NCBI GenBank assembly: GCA_041640595.1
Contig: JBEPZY010000008.1
Span: 8,484 to 72,483 of the forward strand
Source: Gemmatales bacterium
GTDB taxonomy: Bacteria > Planctomycetota > Planctomycetia > Gemmatales > HRBIN36
DNA: 64,000 nucleotides
Direction: 5' to 3'
Shown here: positions 61,905 to 64,000 of the stretch, piece by piece
Layout of the letters: each line of letters starts with the position of its first letter
How positions within the stretch are numbered: position 1 is the stretch's first letter
Made by a program: the position numbers and the translations under genes
The notes under the pieces: model-generated
Database searches by the model: none
Told to the model about the DNA's origin: nothing
The model's input: the letters and a program-made list of their open reading frames with translations, nothing else

Positions 61905-62342
61905 ATGACGGCTGCATGCTCGCTGCCTGCGGAATGTGCCAGCGTCCTGGAAGAAGGGCGCAAGGAAGCGCTGCGGTACAAGTGGATCAAGAGCGAAAAA
62001 GCTGGCCGCGATCTCGGCCAGGCCGCTATTGACGAATGGTCGCGGCTGCACTGGTGGCCTCACCTGCGCCATTGCTGGTTCCTGCATCTGCAGGGGATTC
62101 GTTATTACCAGGAGTTTGACGAGCGGGATTTCGGTTTGTTGCATCGGGAGTTTACCGACCCGCAAGACCGCGAATTGTTGCGGCAAATTGTCGAACGCAT
62201 TTACTATCACGGTGCGGAGAACCTCGACATTATCCTGTGGGCGCAGGAGAACCGGGTGGATATGGAACGTGTGCATCTGATTCTGGAGCGTCTGGACATC
62301 AATACTCGCCGGCTCCGTTGCAAGTTTCCCCTGGAAGGGTGA
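61905..62342 (+). CDS. Hypothetical protein (KWIxSEKAGRDLG motif, DUF4032-like)
   Basis: RBS GGAGG before ATG 61905; coherent helical protein. Confidence 0.75.
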   Translation: MTAACSLPAECASVLEEGRKEALRYKWIKSEKAGRDLGQAAIDEWSRLHWWPHLRHCWFLHLQGIRYYQEFDERDFGLLHREFTDPQDRELLRQIVERIYYHGAENLDIILWAQENRVDMERVHLILERLDINTRRLRCKFPLEG

Positions 62343-62378
62343 ACTCGTCCTGGCTTCGGGCAACACACGCCAACACCC

Positions 62379-62798
62379 ATGACGTTTGAATATCAGCGCC
62401 GTGTCGAATTCGCTGACACCGACCTGGCAGGAGTAGTGCACTTCACCAAGTTTTTCCAGTACATGGAAGAGGCGGAACATGCGTTTCTGCGTTCGCGTGG
62501 ACTTTCGGTAGTGATGCGCTATGATGGCGAACAACTGGGCTGGCCACGTGTGGCAGCGGCATGTGAGTATTTCCGCCCGGCCTATTTTGAGGACGTGCTC
62601 ACCATTCGCCTGCAGCTGACCCGCATCGGCAGCAAAGCGCTGAGTTACACGGCGGAGTTTTATCGGGGTGAGGAACTGCTTGCCCGCGGTCAGGTGACGA
62701 CCTGTTGCTGCCGCATGGAAGCCAATGGTCGGATGACTGCCATCGAGCTCCCGGCCGAAATCCGTGCGAAGTTGTCCGCAAACGAATCGGCTGGTTAA
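62379..62798 (+). CDS. Acyl-CoA thioesterase (4HBT/YbgC hot-dog family)
   Basis: RVEFADTDLAGVVHF..FFQYMEEAE. Confidence 0.92.
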   Translation: MTFEYQRRVEFADTDLAGVVHFTKFFQYMEEAEHAFLRSRGLSVVMRYDGEQLGWPRVAAACEYFRPAYFEDVLTIRLQLTRIGSKALSYTAEFYRGEELLARGQVTTCCCRMEANGRMTAIELPAEIRAKLSANESAG

Positions 62799-64000
62799 AT
62801 CCTGACCGCGCCGCCGTTGATGCGAATGACCTGACCGGTGATAAACCCCGCCTCCGAAGAAACCAGCCAGCAGGCCACCGCTGCGACATCTTCGGGAGTC
62901 CCCCAGCGACGTAACGGCGTTTCACCAACCGCCCGCTGCTGCCAGTACTCCGACGCCTGTTCTGCCCAAGCGGTGCGAATCCAACCGGGAGCCAGACAGT
63001 TGACGCGCACCTGCGGCGCCAGGCTCAGGGCCAGGCTGCGGGTGTAGGCCATCACTGCTCCCTTGACCAGGGCAAACAACTCACCACTGTCGCCTGCCAT
63101 GCCGGTTTCCGCCTGATCCCAGCCCATGTTGAGAATTACCCCCCAACCGCGAGCCTGCATGCGTGGCCCGACCTCGCGGCAGAGTCGCACCGTGCCCAGC
63201 ACGTCGGTTCGCCAGAGCAATTCGAGTTTGGCTTCGTAGGGCAATCGTCGCGTCTCGCCGGTGAGGATGTCGGCACCGGCATTGTTGATCCAGAAATCCA
63301 CGGGGCCCACGTGCGACCAGACCTCCGCAACGAATCGTCGGCAGGCATCCGCATCGGTCAGGTCGGCGTAATAACACCACGCCTGCACGCCAGACGCGCG
63401 AGCCTTTTCTGCGACCGTCTCCGCCTGGTTGCGGGAACGGTGAGCGTGAATCACGACGTCGGCACCGCGCTCAGCCAGAGCCAGAGCGATGGCGCGACCG
63501 ATCCCGCTCGAAGCTCCCGTTACCACTCCGCGACGACCGTGTAAATCCTGCCGGGTGAGTGTAGCCAGCAGTTCGACCACCGTGCGGCCCAGAACAGGAT
63601 GCACCAGGGTCGGAGCAATCTCTGCCAGAGGTCCAAGCACAAAACGCCGCTGATGTAAACGGGGATGCGGTACGGTCAGCTCCGCCGTTCGGATCACCTC
63701 GGAGCCGTAGAACAGCAAATCCAGGTCGAGCGTGCGCGGAGCATTGGCCTCGCCCCGTTGCCGACCATGCTCGGCTTCAATTCGCAGCAATTCGCGGTGG
63801 AGCTGCTGCGGCGACAGCTCCGTCTCTACAGCGCAAACAGCATTCAGGTAGCGGGGTTGATCGGGCGGACCACCCGCGGGATCAGTTTCCCAGAATCGCG
63901 ACACCGCCACCAGCTTCACACCGGGCGTCTGCCGTAACCGTTCCAGGGCCGAGTTCAGGTTCGCCTGGCGGTCGCCCAGATTGCTTCCCAATGCGATGTA
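62795..64000 (-). CDS. folK: FolK (HPPK)-SDR fusion protein, 5' end outside the window
   Basis: YIALGSNLGDR, YLNAV, RTLDLDLL, VPHPRLHQRRFVL, then in frame VVTGASSGIG, INNAG, VNCLAPGWIRT, FITGQVIRINGG. Confidence 0.92.
   Translation of the reverse strand, partial: YIALGSNLGDRQANLNSALERLRQTPGVKLVAVSRFWETDPAGGPPDQPRYLNAVCAVETELSPQQLHRELLRIEAEHGRQRGEANAPRTLDLDLLFYGSEVIRTAELTVPHPRLHQRRFVLGPLAEIAPTLVHPVLGRTVVELLATLTRQDLHGRRGVVTGASSGIGRAIALALAERGADVVIHAHRSRNQAETVAEKARASGVQAWCYYADLTDADACRRFVAEVWSHVGPVDFWINNAGADILTGETRRLPYEAKLELLWRTDVLGTVRLCREVGPRMQARGWGVILNMGWDQAETGMAGDSGELFALVKGAVMAYTRSLALSLAPQVRVNCLAPGWIRTAWAEQASEYWQQRAVGETPLRRWGTPEDVAAVACWLVSSEAGFITGQVIRINGGAVRI

Overview
64-kb window from a GC-rich bacterium, probably a Planctomycete of Gemmatales type (inferred from a Planctomycete 'LExRxL' extracellular motif and gene content). 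1-12.6 kb: a very large CRISPR array (about 190 copies of one 30-bp repeat, estimated from length and ~66-bp period; transcribed on the minus strand from a sigma70-like leader promoter; probably continues past the left edge). 13.7-29.6 kb, all minus strand: complete type III-B cmr1-6, then three destroyed cOA-signalling genes (APE2256-like CARF, TM1812/Csx1-like, Csx3-like), then type I-B cas8-cas7-cas5-cas3 and cas4-cas1-cas2. No cas6 is in the window, and Cas1 has a ~95-aa disordered insertion. 30-36 kb: a decayed IS4/IS5-like transposase interrupted by repeat-spacer arrays, and a polymorphic-toxin-like locus (Ig-domain secreted protein, partner gene, orphan cassette). 36-50 kb: a GntR/LacI regulator facing a cluster of paralogous secreted proteins, including a candidate selenoprotein (in-frame UGA plus SECIS-like hairpin). 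50-64 kb: housekeeping genes (serS, tRNA-Pro, lpxB, nagA, guaA, FolK-SDR fusion). The most unusual signal is about ten unrelated non-coding sites with short direct repeats at 65-74-bp period around mostly unique intervals of about 32-50 bp. This geometry resembles the CRISPR array and may record off-target spacer integration ('neo-arrays'). Everything was read by eye and no database searches were run.
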